From the IMG/VR virus record IMGVR_UViG_3300025276_000026, positions 1-64,000 of that record: DNA of 64,000 bases; one strand, given 5' to 3'. A program made the translations under genes and the position numbers. This stretch comes from a virus. This document shows positions 8,749-18,698 of this stretch, in pieces (the stretch's first letter is position 1; every line of letters starts with the position of its first letter). Under the pieces are notes generated by a model that was given only the letters and a program-made list of their open reading frames with translations, searched no databases and was not told the DNA's origin.

Positions 8749-9261
8749 CTACTCACCGTTTCTTAAAACTTTTAATTGTGCAATCGTGTCCGCTGCACTA
8801 GTGTGTAATATTCCTATTCCACCATGTTCAACCCATGCATCAAGGTTCTTCTGTCTGTCATCAATAAGGACACTTCCCTCTAATGCAAACATTCCTTTCT
8901 GACTACCAGTCATAGTACAAGTAACAACAACGGTAGGACTTACATATTCCTTAATCCATTCTTGTTTGTCCCACACTACTAGTTCTCTGTTCACAACACC
9001 AGCTGCAGTGAGTATTTCCCACGGTAGGTTAGTGTGTCTTACGTAACCAACTAAGTCCCACATGTCGGGCATAGGTGGTAAACTTCTGAATAGTCTCTTG
9101 TTTGTTAGTTCTTCCTTCCTGTTGTCATAGTCGTTATGACCTTGGTCGGTATTAGGGAATGGTGTCCCTGTAAGTGTCTCAACACCAGTGTTGAAATCTG
9201 CAAGGACTCCATCCATATCGATGAAGATTCTCTTAACTTTGTTTATTTCTTTATTTTCCAT
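8749..9261 (-). CDS. HAD-family 5'(3')-deoxyribonucleotidase-like protein
   Basis: IFIDMDGVLADF, ILTA, LIDDR motifs. Confidence 0.88.
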   Translation of the reverse strand: MENKEINKVKRIFIDMDGVLADFNTGVETLTGTPFPNTDQGHNDYDNRKEELTNKRLFRSLPPMPDMWDLVGYVRHTNLPWEILTAAGVVNRELVVWDKQEWIKEYVSPTVVVTCTMTGSQKGMFALEGSVLIDDRQKNLDAWVEHGGIGILHTSAADTIAQLKVLRNGE

Positions 9262-9267
9262 ACGTAT

Positions 9268-9297
9268 AGTATACCACTAATTAGGCCATGCTGTCAA
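9268..9297 (-). promoter_or_regulatory. early sigma70-type promoter (apparently leaderless)
   Basis: TTGACA-N18-TATACT, 6 nt before ATG. Confidence 0.75.
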
Positions 9298-9308
9298 GGC
9301 CTATTTGA

Positions 9309-9476
9309 CTAGAATCGTGCAACATAAGCTTCATCTGTTTCCATCATAGAACGGTTCAATGCAACCTGTAAGTTAATCTTCTCAGCATACATATGAGCTT
9401 CCATTTTAGAGTGGAATATCTTAGCACATAGTGGACGATTGGTGTGTAAACATAGTAGTCGGTAATAGAATTTCAT
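9309..9476 (-). CDS. 55-aa hypothetical protein
   Basis: hand-read frame MKFYYRLLCLHTNRPLCAKIF...YVARF with GGAG SD. Confidence 0.55.
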   Translation of the reverse strand: MKFYYRLLCLHTNRPLCAKIFHSKMEAHMYAEKINLQVALNRSMMETDEAYVARF

Positions 9477-9478
9477 GA

Positions 9479-9724
9479 TTATTGGTTCTCTTTGTAGATT
9501 CGATTAGTCTTACGGAAAGTGCTCATATTGACAGCCCATTGAACCATCAACTTACGTTCGTTGTAACTCATGTCTTCCCAATCAGCTTCCTTTGCAGAAA
9601 GATACTCAGTCGCATCTCGTTCTTCTTGGGTAGACCACTGTCCATCAGCTTCGGGGTAAAGAACGATGGTTGAGTCTTCCATGACTTCTTTGTCTGTCCA
9701 GTTCTCGGGTAGTTGGTTTGACAT
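9479..9724 (-). CDS. hypothetical early protein
   Basis: ORF directly downstream of an early promoter, with SD. Confidence 0.65.
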   Translation of the reverse strand: MSNQLPENWTDKEVMEDSTIVLYPEADGQWSTQEERDATEYLSAKEADWEDMSYNERKLMVQWAVNMSTFRKTNRIYKENQ

Positions 9725-9757
9725 TTCTTAGTTCCTTTCTTCTCTCAGTGAAGTAGT

Positions 9758-9787
9758 ATTATCTCATTAAGCGGGTGGCATTGTCAA
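9758..9787 (-). promoter_or_regulatory. early promoter
   Basis: GCCTTGACAATGC motif; TTGACA-N18-GATAAT. Confidence 0.7.
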
Positions 9788-10104
9788 GGCTTATCGCTGA
9801 TATTATTCATGCGATACGCCAAAGTTTCTGCTTCAATCTCATCCATGATACCATCGGTGATTGCTTGTCTGACATGTACCATTTCATGTGCCAAGGTTAT
9901 GTACCTTTCTTCATTGAACTTAATGAACATCTCCATGTACACGTTAACTCGTGCTTTTTTGGGGTAATCTAGGAATCCCTGTCTTCTATCGGGATGGGGT
10001 AGTCTGAATATATTCAATGTAACCTTAGAGTGTTCAATACCTAATTGTATTGCAAACTCGACAGCTTTATCTCTCATGAGAGCATTGTTACATAATATAT
10101 TCAT
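9784..10104 (-). CDS. zincin-type metallopeptidase-like protein
   Basis: TLAHEMVHVRQ (HExxH) plus EIEA. Confidence 0.7.
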   Translation of the reverse strand: MNILCNNALMRDKAVEFAIQLGIEHSKVTLNIFRLPHPDRRQGFLDYPKKARVNVYMEMFIKFNEERYITLAHEMVHVRQAITDGIMDEIEAETLAYRMNNISDKP

Positions 10105-10108
10105 CTAG

Positions 10109-10261
10109 TTAATCGTCGTGGTCTTCTACTTCCTCTAATAGGTCTTCGTCCATTTCAGCACCACAAAATGGGCAATGGTCGATACCGTATTGATGTGAGT
10201 CCATGTCATGCTTGACTTCACATTCTGATTTACAATCCGTGCAGTGTAATCTAATCTTCAA
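10109..10261 (-). CDS. 50-aa zinc-ribbon protein (TTG start)
   Basis: CTDC...HCPFCG, acidic tail, SD GGAGA. Confidence 0.75.
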   Translation of the reverse strand: MKIRLHCTDCKSECEVKHDMDSHQYGIDHCPFCGAEMDEDLLEEVEDHDD

Positions 10262-10520
10262 GTTTTTCTCCTATTATTTCAGTAAAGAAATTTTCATTTG
10301 ATTTAGGTTTCCCATCAATCACTCCATATGGTAGTTCTCTTAATGCTTCACTCTTCTGAAAATCTGAACCACATGTGTATATTCGTACTTCATGTGTATC
10401 TTTATTCAATGTTTTTGCAACATGGGTTAATCTCATGTCCATAGCATGTTGACTATGAGGCATGTTGAGATATACGTGTACACTTGAATACTTGTGGAAT
10501 TTATCAAATGTTTTAGTCAT
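10251..10520 (-). CDS. hypothetical protein, possibly a glutaredoxin-fold paralogue without CxxC
   Basis: GSDF...LPYGVIDGK aligns to the adjacent Grx GSDF...FPQIRIDGE. Confidence 0.5.
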   Translation of the reverse strand: MTKTFDKFHKYSSVHVYLNMPHSQHAMDMRLTHVAKTLNKDTHEVRIYTCGSDFQKSEALRELPYGVIDGKPKSNENFFTEIIGEKLED

Positions 10521-10764
10521 GGTTACTCTCTTGACCCCAAAATTCCATCTTGTGCCATTCCACTAGGTTGTCGTATCCACCTATTGCTTCTCCGTCAATC
10601 CTAATTTGTGGGAATGTCCTTGCAGTTGGGAACTGTTCAAATAGTTCCTCTCTTGTAAAGTCTGACCCTAACTGTGAATAGGTGTAGGTGTATCCTTCCT
10701 TCTCACAAAACCATTTAGCTTTGTCGCAGTATGGACATTGTGGTTTACCGTATATTTCTATCAT
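10513..10764 (-). CDS. nrdC: glutaredoxin
   Basis: CPYC active site, RTFPQI, IGGY. Confidence 0.93.
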   Translation of the reverse strand: MIEIYGKPQCPYCDKAKWFCEKEGYTYTYSQLGSDFTREELFEQFPTARTFPQIRIDGEAIGGYDNLVEWHKMEFWGQESNHD

Positions 10765-11372
10765 AATCCTTTTCTTTCATTCTCTTTCAATTTGTTGAAT
10801 TCGATACACTTGTTACATGTACCACATCTTACATCACCACCCTCACTACATGAATTGACATATTGTCTTAACGGTATAGGTATACTACACCATTGTTCCC
10901 ATTTTGTCATTCCACCAAGTGGTGGTTCTAATCTCATTCCGTGTTCAGTATTCATCAACCTTGCATAGAACTCAAATACTATATTGAATTCCCAAGCCCT
11001 TGATAACCATGGGAAATCTGATTTGTTTAAATCACCATAGTTAGTCATACCACTGTTCACCCCCCAAAAGTATTCCTTTATGTGTGGGAACTGTGTCATG
11101 GAACTCATCAATGCAAGGAACCAATGTCTAGAAGAGTGGAAGTATTCTTCCGACACTTCTTCATGGTCGTATTTAGGATGTTTGTGAACTATAAGTTCTA
11201 CACCCAGTTCTGCACATATATCAGTGACGTTGTCGTGTAATACATTTGCAGTAGTGATAGGGTTATCCCACACTGAGTGTAATGCAATGGGTTTATAACC
11301 ATTGTTTACTGTCCAATTTAGTAATGCAGTTGACTCAACTCCACCACTGAACATAACAACACATTGTTTCAC
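10761..11372 (-). CDS. QueC-like PP-loop ATPase
   Basis: FSGGVEST PP-loop variant; C-terminal SC...CGTCNKC zinc site. Confidence 0.7.
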   Translation of the reverse strand: MKQCVVMFSGGVESTALLNWTVNNGYKPIALHSVWDNPITTANVLHDNVTDICAELGVELIVHKHPKYDHEEVSEEYFHSSRHWFLALMSSMTQFPHIKEYFWGVNSGMTNYGDLNKSDFPWLSRAWEFNIVFEFYARLMNTEHGMRLEPPLGGMTKWEQWCSIPIPLRQYVNSCSEGGDVRCGTCNKCIEFNKLKENERKGL

Positions 11373-12469
11373 TATAATTCAAACCCTGCGAATGTATTAT
11401 CATCTACGTCTTGTTTGATACCACCAATTAGATAGGATTCTATCTCCGTCTCTTGTGGTGCATTCTGTAACCCTCTACTGTTAAACCAATGTTTAGTCCA
11501 TGGTAATGGGTTGTTTGTTGACGATATATCGTACAGTGGTTGCATACCTAATGCACGAAGTCTTTTGTTTGCTGTGTACTCTACGTACTGACCAAGTAAT
11601 GGAGTAGATAGTCCAATCATTGAACCGTCTTTGAATAGGAACTCAGCCCATTCTTTCTCTTGTTTTACTGCATCTCTGTACATGTCATATACTTCATCCT
11701 CACACTCTTTCATGATTTTAGTCATCATCTCATCACCTTCCTGTTTCTGATAAGCTTTGATGATGTGCTGTGTGATTGCTAGATGTTGTGCTTCGTCTCT
11801 TGCAATAAGAGAGATAATCTTTGCACTTCCTTCCATCTGTTTTAACTCACCAAAGGCAAATGAACATGCAAAGGATACAAAGAAACGTACTCCTTCTAAG
11901 ATGTTAACTGATACCAGTGCAAGGAACAATGCTTTCTTAAGCTCGTATTCATCCACTTTAAGACCTAATAATCTACGTCTTCCTAGGTCAATGAACTTGT
12001 CGTACTTCTCTGTTACCTGTTCTGCTCTAGCGACGATTGCTGGTTCGTCTAGGATAGTGTCAAATATTACACTTGGGTCACTATACACATTCTTTATAAT
12101 GTGAGTGTAACTTCGTGAATGTATTGTCTCCATGAAATCCCATGTAATGATACATGATTCTAATTCGGGGATACTTACAAATGGTAGAAATGCAATCGAA
12201 GGAGCTCTTCCTTGAACTGAATCAAGTAATGTCTGATACCTCAAGTTCGAGGTAAAGATGTGCTTCTGTGCATCTGTTAGGTTTTGGTAATCACCTCTAT
12301 CTTTCTGTAAGGAAATCTCTTCGGGTCTCCAAAAGAATGATAGTTGTGTCTGCGTTAGTTTATCAAATACAGGGTATTTGAAAGTGTCGAATCTTTGGGT
12401 GTTCAACTGTTCACCAAAGAACATAGCTTCTTTTGTAAAGTCTACGTTGTTTTTGTTAAATACTGTCAT
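11372..12469 (-). CDS. nrdB: ribonucleotide reductase class Ia beta subunit
   Basis: FFWRPEE, LLDSVQGR, ETIHSRSY, EGVRFFVSF, RDEAQH, APQETE. Confidence 0.98.
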   Translation of the reverse strand: MTVFNKNNVDFTKEAMFFGEQLNTQRFDTFKYPVFDKLTQTQLSFFWRPEEISLQKDRGDYQNLTDAQKHIFTSNLRYQTLLDSVQGRAPSIAFLPFVSIPELESCIITWDFMETIHSRSYTHIIKNVYSDPSVIFDTILDEPAIVARAEQVTEKYDKFIDLGRRRLLGLKVDEYELKKALFLALVSVNILEGVRFFVSFACSFAFGELKQMEGSAKIISLIARDEAQHLAITQHIIKAYQKQEGDEMMTKIMKECEDEVYDMYRDAVKQEKEWAEFLFKDGSMIGLSTPLLGQYVEYTANKRLRALGMQPLYDISSTNNPLPWTKHWFNSRGLQNAPQETEIESYLIGGIKQDVDDNTFAGFEL

Positions 12470-13422
12470 CTTTTTCTTTTCTCTTTCTCAATTGCTAATT
12501 CAAATCCATCATAGTTATTTGCAAACTCACTCTTCGTAACTCTGTTGTGATATACGTCTGCAAACTTCATAAATTGGTCTTTAGTTCGTTTACACTCTTC
12601 ATCATTCTCATCTGCATATCTATGTGGTCTACCATCAAATGATAATGCAAGATGGTCTGTCTCTGGCTTCTCGCTGGGGTGTGGATGCATCTCATTGATA
12701 TCCAGTAGTCTACTGTCTTCATTAAAGAAGTGTAGAAAGATATGGTATGAGTAATCACCCACTAGATAATCTCTCCAGTGAATTACGTTTGGCCCTTGAT
12801 ATAATAGTACATCGCCAGGCTCTAAAGATATAGGGATACCTCTTCTGTTTCTATGTGGTAGTCCTTGTGATATTGCAAATGCTTCATCCATGTCACCCAT
12901 GTCCACATAGTTACCATCGTTCTGTACCCATATCTTCCAAGGTGCATTGTCATCTGTCTTATAATCTAGACATATGGTTGCACTTATCTCACATGATGGT
13001 CTATCAGTATGAGCTCTTAGGTATGCACCTCTATCATATTTCCTTGTATAGGAATATGTTTCCCTTAGACCCATGTCAATGACACCGTCTAATTTATCCT
13101 TTAGCCATCTATGTAGGGAAACTGCCATTGGAGTACAGTAGTTTGCTTTGGACTTTCCTAGTGAATCTTTAGGTGAGTTTTGAGTAATCTCATGTTCTGT
13201 CTTGAATATGGCTTCATCCCATTTTTTGTTACCTTCAATGGTTTTCCATGCATCTAATGACATGTTGATAATGTCTTTGGGTATAAAGTTTTTTAGTACT
13301 ACGTACCTGTCCTTCATCAATGACCATGTCTCGGGATTGGTCACACCAGCAATACTAGTGCCTGGTCTTTCATCGTCGGGGTATGTATATTTTACTGTCT
13401 TTGCATCATATGGCACAGGCAT
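12466..13422 (-). CDS. 2OG-Fe(II) oxygenase located between nrdA and nrdB
   Basis: YSYTRKY...AHTDRPSCEISAT, PGDVLLYQG...HWR; probable start MPVPY after GAGGA. Confidence 0.85.
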   Translation of the reverse strand: MPVPYDAKTVKYTYPDDERPGTSIAGVTNPETWSLMKDRYVVLKNFIPKDIINMSLDAWKTIEGNKKWDEAIFKTEHEITQNSPKDSLGKSKANYCTPMAVSLHRWLKDKLDGVIDMGLRETYSYTRKYDRGAYLRAHTDRPSCEISATICLDYKTDDNAPWKIWVQNDGNYVDMGDMDEAFAISQGLPHRNRRGIPISLEPGDVLLYQGPNVIHWRDYLVGDYSYHIFLHFFNEDSRLLDINEMHPHPSEKPETDHLALSFDGRPHRYADENDEECKRTKDQFMKFADVYHNRVTKSEFANNYDGFELAIEKEKRKR

Positions 13423-15727
13423 CGCAATCTTCCTCATCGTCACTGTTTGTTGGTGAATGCATCATTGGTGGTATGTAATCGTTAGACGCTGAATTAGGGT
13501 CTGTGATTACATCCTCTACCTTACCATCCATTGTGTTTTGGTAGTATGATGTCTTCCAACCGTACTTGTATGTGTTCAACATGTCCTGTGCCATTACTGA
13601 TACTGGTACTTCACCCTTGTCATAATTCTCGGGGTTGTAACTCCAGTTACCACTAATTGCTTGGTCAAAGAACTTCTGCATCACTGCAAGTACTTTAATA
13701 TATCCATCATTACTAGGCATATCCCATAGTAATGTGTAGTTGTTTTTCAGTATAGAATACTGTGGAACTACCTGTTTAAGTGTTCCTTTTTTACTCTTCT
13801 TGACACTTAGGTAGTCTCTTGGTGGTTCTACACCATTCGTTGCATTAGAGACGACGCTAGAGGACTCTGAAGGCATCTGTGCAGTCAATGTGGAGTGTCT
13901 TAAACCATGTACTTTGATTCTAGTCCTTAGTACATCCCAATCACATTGTAACACGTTAGGTATGATTGTGTCAACCTCTTTCTTGTACGTATCAATAGGT
14001 AATATACCCTTTGAATACTTAGTCTTGTGGAACCAATCACATGGCCCTTTCTCGGATGCAATTTGATTAGATGCTTTAAGTAGTTCGTACTGGAATCTTT
14101 CTGATAAATCATGCACCAATTGATGTGCTTGTGGGTCATCATACTTGACCTTGTTCTTTGCAAGGAAATGTGCAAGACCAATGTAACCTATTCCTAGGGA
14201 ACGTCTTGCTTTTGTTGATACTTCAGCTGCTACGACTGGGTACTTTTGATAGTCTATTAGTTCTTCCAACCCTCTAACTGCAAGGTCACATAGATTACTA
14301 AGTTCATCTAAGTTCTTAATAATACCTACGTTAACTGCAGAAAGGATACACAACGCAATCTCACCTTCCCCATCGATATGACTGATAGGGTCGGTGGGTA
14401 GTGTTATCTCTTGACATAAGTTACTCATGTTAACCTTGTCGATAAAACTACTGTGCGTATTGCAATGGTCGATATTCATAATGTAAATACGGCCAGTCTC
14501 TGCTCTTTCTTTTAATAAACTTGTAAATAATTGTCTTGCACCAATCTTCTGTTTAGGAACACTGGTTGCACGTTCGTACTTCTCATAGAGTTCATCAAAC
14601 TCGGGTGTTCCAAATGCTTCATATAATCCAGGCACACTATGTGGACTGAACAATGTGATGTCTTCATTCTTTAAGAATCTCTTATAGAATAGTTCTGATA
14701 ACTGTATAGAGTAGTCTAGTTTTCTTACTCTGTTGTCTTCTGTACCTTTGTTGTTTTTGAGAACAAGGATGTCTTCGATTTCTTGATGCCAGATTGGAAA
14801 ATGTACCGTGGCACTTCCGCCCCGTACTCCGTTTTGGGTGCAGCTTCGAACTGTGGCTTCAAACTTTTTAAGAAATGGTATGACTCCAGTATGTTGGACT
14901 TCACCCCCTCTAATTTTACTACCAATTCCCCTAATTCGTCCAGCGTTGATTCCAATTCCAGCTCTCTGAGCAACGTACTTACCGATTGCCATGTCACTTG
15001 AGAAGATGGAGTCGAGGGTGTCTGCGGAATCGACGAGAACGCAACTTGCAAACTGTCGAAGTGGTGTTCTGACGCCTGCCATAATGGGTGTGGGTATGTT
15101 GATTTTAAATTGTGATATTGCATCGTAGTATCCTCTAACATAACTTAATCTATTCTCTCCGTAATCTTTAAATAATGTCATTGCAATCAACATGTACATG
15201 AACTGTGGTGTCTCAAATAATGTGTTGGATGACCTGTCTTGAACCAAATACTTGTCTACTATCTGTTGTAGACCTGCGTATGTGAAGTCTAAATCTCTTG
15301 TGTGTCTGATAAACTTGTTACACTGTTCTATATCATCTTCTGTGTAATGTGTAAGGATGTCTTTATCATACACACCATTTTTGATGTTTCTTTGTATGAT
15401 GTCTCCAAGGGGTGGATATATTTCACTGTCTTTCCATCTAGTGTTAAATACTTGTTTCTGTACACCGTATAGTAATAATCTTGCAGCCACGAACTGATAG
15501 TTTGGGGACTCTAGTGATATCAAATCACTTGCAGACTTAACTAGAATCTTTTGAATGTCACCTGTGGTGATACCATCATAGAACTGCAGTCCACTGTTCA
15601 TTTCTACAGAAGATTCACTCACACCTGTAAGACCTCTACATGCTCTTTCTACCATTCTATGAATCTTATCTAAATCAATGTGTCTCTTTGACCCATCTGA
15701 CTTAATTACTGTAACCTGTGCATTCAT
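13406..15727 (-). CDS. nrdA: ribonucleotide reductase class Ia alpha subunit
   Basis: ATP cone, PTPIMAG, SCVL, SNLCQEI, KTSYY, C-terminal CDAC. Confidence 0.98.
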   Translation of the reverse strand: MNAQVTVIKSDGSKRHIDLDKIHRMVERACRGLTGVSESSVEMNSGLQFYDGITTGDIQKILVKSASDLISLESPNYQFVAARLLLYGVQKQVFNTRWKDSEIYPPLGDIIQRNIKNGVYDKDILTHYTEDDIEQCNKFIRHTRDLDFTYAGLQQIVDKYLVQDRSSNTLFETPQFMYMLIAMTLFKDYGENRLSYVRGYYDAISQFKINIPTPIMAGVRTPLRQFASCVLVDSADTLDSIFSSDMAIGKYVAQRAGIGINAGRIRGIGSKIRGGEVQHTGVIPFLKKFEATVRSCTQNGVRGGSATVHFPIWHQEIEDILVLKNNKGTEDNRVRKLDYSIQLSELFYKRFLKNEDITLFSPHSVPGLYEAFGTPEFDELYEKYERATSVPKQKIGARQLFTSLLKERAETGRIYIMNIDHCNTHSSFIDKVNMSNLCQEITLPTDPISHIDGEGEIALCILSAVNVGIIKNLDELSNLCDLAVRGLEELIDYQKYPVVAAEVSTKARRSLGIGYIGLAHFLAKNKVKYDDPQAHQLVHDLSERFQYELLKASNQIASEKGPCDWFHKTKYSKGILPIDTYKKEVDTIIPNVLQCDWDVLRTRIKVHGLRHSTLTAQMPSESSSVVSNATNGVEPPRDYLSVKKSKKGTLKQVVPQYSILKNNYTLLWDMPSNDGYIKVLAVMQKFFDQAISGNWSYNPENYDKGEVPVSVMAQDMLNTYKYGWKTSYYQNTMDGKVEDVITDPNSASNDYIPPMMHSPTNSDDEEDCDACAI

Positions 15728-16761
15728 ATCTTCTTGTACTCCATTAATTTTAGTTTTGCTGAAAGACCTTCAAACGTACAAGCATTAATGATACCTATTA
15801 TTTCACTCTGAGTCATTCCCTTCATTATCATATCATTGATATCCTTACAATCTGCAACGGACTTATCGTCCCATATACAAACAGAATATCCCAACTCAAT
15901 AACCTCTTCTAGTTTCTTGAGTATCTCTCCATTACGAGGCTCGTTATCATAAATGATAACTGCATTAGGTTTTATACCATCGTCTATCTTCTTAAAATCA
16001 CTACCCCCGACTGCGATGCTGTTAGGTAGGAATAAACTATCTATAGGCCCTTCAGTCACATAGATGGTTTTTGTTTTGTCCACATTTTGTATGTTATAGA
16101 TGAGTGGGTCGTCATCTAGGAACCTCATAGTTAGGTATCTAAGAGGTGAGTCATTGATTGCTCTACCACTGATACCAACTAGTTCCCCATCCTCTCTAAA
16201 GAACGGTAAAACGATTCTAGGGTCGTTACCAAGAACTCTGTCCTTATACTTAGGTGATAAGAGACTTAGTGTCTGAGCCGATTCTACGAACCATAAATCA
16301 TCGATTTTATTGTCGGGAACCTTACGTGCTTGTAAGTATTCTCGTGCAACTATCTTCTCCTTGGCGGGGAACATTATTGCAGACAAATCGACTTTAATCA
16401 TATTTAGTAATTCTGTTTTTGGAGTGAATTTGAACTCATTGGAACTGGGCATCTTATGATTAGATGCATGTTTCTTAGGTTTTCTTCCACTCTCGGTTAA
16501 CCATTCTTTTATATACTCTTTATGTAGTACAGGAAAATGGTCTTTCAAAAAGTTGACACTGGATGTGGATTTACCACAATTATGACACTTGAATATGAAG
16601 CTCTGCTCTATTGCAAAGTGATATCCTCGGGCCTTATGTTTGTTTTTTGAAGAATCACCGCAGTATAAACATCTGTGATTCAACGTTGTATCGCCTTTCC
16701 ATTTTGCAAGTTCTAGAGAACTTACACACATTGAAAGATATTTTCTTTCTAACCATAGCAT
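15724..16761 (-). CDS. gp61: DNA primase (T4 gp61-like)
   Basis: zinc finger CLYCGDS...CHNC, TEGPIDSLF, DNEPRN, KDIND; start MLWLERK. Confidence 0.95.
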   Translation of the reverse strand: MLWLERKYLSMCVSSLELAKWKGDTTLNHRCLYCGDSSKNKHKARGYHFAIEQSFIFKCHNCGKSTSSVNFLKDHFPVLHKEYIKEWLTESGRKPKKHASNHKMPSSNEFKFTPKTELLNMIKVDLSAIMFPAKEKIVAREYLQARKVPDNKIDDLWFVESAQTLSLLSPKYKDRVLGNDPRIVLPFFREDGELVGISGRAINDSPLRYLTMRFLDDDPLIYNIQNVDKTKTIYVTEGPIDSLFLPNSIAVGGSDFKKIDDGIKPNAVIIYDNEPRNGEILKKLEEVIELGYSVCIWDDKSVADCKDINDMIMKGMTQSEIIGIINACTFEGLSAKLKLMEYKKI

Positions 16762-16767
16762 ACATCC

Positions 16768-16796
16768 ATTATACATGGATATATGCTATTTTACAA
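16768..16796 (-). promoter_or_regulatory. sigma70-type promoter for primase (apparently leaderless)
   Basis: TTGTAA-N17-TATAAT, 6 nt before ATG. Confidence 0.7.
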
Positions 16797-16813
16797 GGTG
16801 GTTTTTACTCTAT

Positions 16814-16999
16814 TTAAGCGTCGATTAGGGTTTGAACTCGTGCAAGTTCAGTGTCCCAAGCAGCTTTAGACGTATCGTAAGATGATTGTGCTAAAGTTCT
16901 ACCGTCTGTTCCTTCTGCAGGAGCTCCAGTCATAGTAGGTTCTGTTGCAACTAGTTCTGCTTTGAATTCAGCAAGAGTCATGTTTTCTGATATGGCCAT
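16814..16999 (-). CDS. hypothetical protein
   Basis: SD AAGGAG; coupled to upstream ORF. Confidence 0.7.
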   Translation of the reverse strand: MAISENMTLAEFKAELVATEPTMTGAPAEGTDGRTLAQSSYDTSKAAWDTELARVQTLIDA

Positions 17000-17481
17000 T
17001 ATACTTCTCCTTCGGTTTTAGGTGTCATTGTTTCTTCGTGATGTTCGTCAGCAAGTTCATGATGCATATCTTCGATATGTTCGTCATGTTCCATGTTCAT
17101 GTGTTCTGTCCAAGTGTTTGACCAGTCATTTTCTTCTGTTCTCATCCACTCATCTGCAACTACATCATAGTTTGCATCTGTATCGATGTTAGTAGCCAAG
17201 TTATACTCGTCTTCGTCATCGCTGTTTGGCATCATCCAACACTGGTAGATACAATCCCAATAAGCTTCTTCACCAAACCCTTCTGGGCATTCGTGTGTAG
17301 GTGTTTCGGGATGAATGTAATCACCTTCAGTACACGGTGTGTATACTATAGAGTAATCTTCAAATTTTTCTTCTTCGTGTGGTATGTTACCAAGTGAGTG
17401 TTCGATATCTAATAACATTCCTTTGATGTCATACAACGTCTGTGTAATTTTTAGACGTGGGTCTAAGTGTTTATCTTCCAT
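16999..17481 (-). CDS. acidic, His/Cys-rich hypothetical protein
   Basis: ORF with SD; HMNMEHDEHIEDMHHELADEHHEE tail. Confidence 0.7.
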   Translation of the reverse strand: MEDKHLDPRLKITQTLYDIKGMLLDIEHSLGNIPHEEEKFEDYSIVYTPCTEGDYIHPETPTHECPEGFGEEAYWDCIYQCWMMPNSDDEDEYNLATNIDTDANYDVVADEWMRTEENDWSNTWTEHMNMEHDEHIEDMHHELADEHHEETMTPKTEGEV

Positions 17482-17519
17482 TTTATTTCTCCAAGAAATG
17501 TTTTTTGTTATAAGTTTAT

Positions 17520-18695
17520 TTAGGACTTTTGCAAGTTCTTCAGCTTGCTTTTTGGTACTTGAAGCACAATTCTTTGTGTTTCTCGTAACTTTTTAGTATT
17601 GCCTTTACCTTGTATCAGTCCTAAAGATGTTACCAGTAATAATATTGCCAGCGGGTCAAATACGAATATAAGCATGTAAATTACCCATCTTACAGCGTTG
17701 TCAAGGTACTTGACAGCATTCTCCTGTCCGTATATTACCTCTGCAATGTACTTAATTGGGCCCACTTCACGTTCTAGTGTAAGTATAATCTGTTTACTTT
17801 CAAACATTTCGTCCTTATACCCATCTATTATATCATATGATTGGTCTATCAACAAGTTGAATTCATCTGTTTTTACAATCAGTTCGTCTACATCTCCAGT
17901 AGATGACTGTTGTAATCTCTTAATCTCTACGTTAGCACCGTCAATAGTTTCCTGTGCTTGTGACCTGTAGTTGTCTATGTTACCCTGTTGTTCCCCAATG
18001 TCGTCTCTTATCTGTTCTCTCTGACCGTTCTGTTGAGTGAACAAGGTGTTTGCCTGTGCAACGTAATCTATGACCTCTAACTCGTCCTGTGAGAACACAC
18101 CACCCTCTTGTGTAGTGATTGTCTCGACACCCTTGACTCTTAGTTCATTTACTGCAGTATCTAAGGTCGTTAGTTGACCTCTAAGAGATGTTATTTGTCC
18201 CTTTGCATAGTCAATGTCACCCTGTACTCGCTCCCATGAGCCGTCTCTAATCTCTTCCTGTTGGGTGATAGACGCACTTACATCTATCTTAGACCCACTA
18301 AGATTCTCAATCCTATCTTGATAGGTTATTATCTTATTCTCTTCTCTTGCTATCTGTGACTCGATACGTTGTACTACTGATTGTGCTTGTGCAGTGTCAC
18401 CTGTTGTTTCTGAATGTGCTTTGGATAGGTAACCGAATATACCAAGGGATGTAATGAACATGAGAACAACCACTGAAAATACTAGGTAGTACTTCATGTA
18501 GTTTAGTTTGTCCCATGCAAGGTGTAGATAGGCTGCAGTTACAACCTTACCGAACTCTAAAGCACCTGCCATGATTACGATACCCATGAAAGCACCAGCA
18601 AATATAGTTGCAAGTCCTAACACTGAGAAATATGCAGCGATTGATGCAATTCCTAGGGACGTAATTACCGCGAGGTAATTCAAAAATCTATCCAT
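17520..18695 (-). CDS. membrane protein with long coiled coil
   Basis: three N-terminal TM segments (FSVLGLA...LEFGK...TSLGIFGYLSKAH), coiled coil, EVGPIKY, FVFDPLA TM. Confidence 0.8.
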   Translation of the reverse strand: MDRFLNYLAVITSLGIASIAAYFSVLGLATIFAGAFMGIVIMAGALEFGKVVTAAYLHLAWDKLNYMKYYLVFSVVVLMFITSLGIFGYLSKAHSETTGDTAQAQSVVQRIESQIAREENKIITYQDRIENLSGSKIDVSASITQQEEIRDGSWERVQGDIDYAKGQITSLRGQLTTLDTAVNELRVKGVETITTQEGGVFSQDELEVIDYVAQANTLFTQQNGQREQIRDDIGEQQGNIDNYRSQAQETIDGANVEIKRLQQSSTGDVDELIVKTDEFNLLIDQSYDIIDGYKDEMFESKQIILTLEREVGPIKYIAEVIYGQENAVKYLDNAVRWVIYMLIFVFDPLAILLLVTSLGLIQGKGNTKKLRETQRIVLQVPKSKLKNLQKS

Positions 18696-18698
18696 AAT

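Noticed and set aside
10761-11372. Complete 7-deazaguanine DNA modification pathway
   Set aside because: Only a divergent QueC-like gene is present; no partner genes in the window.
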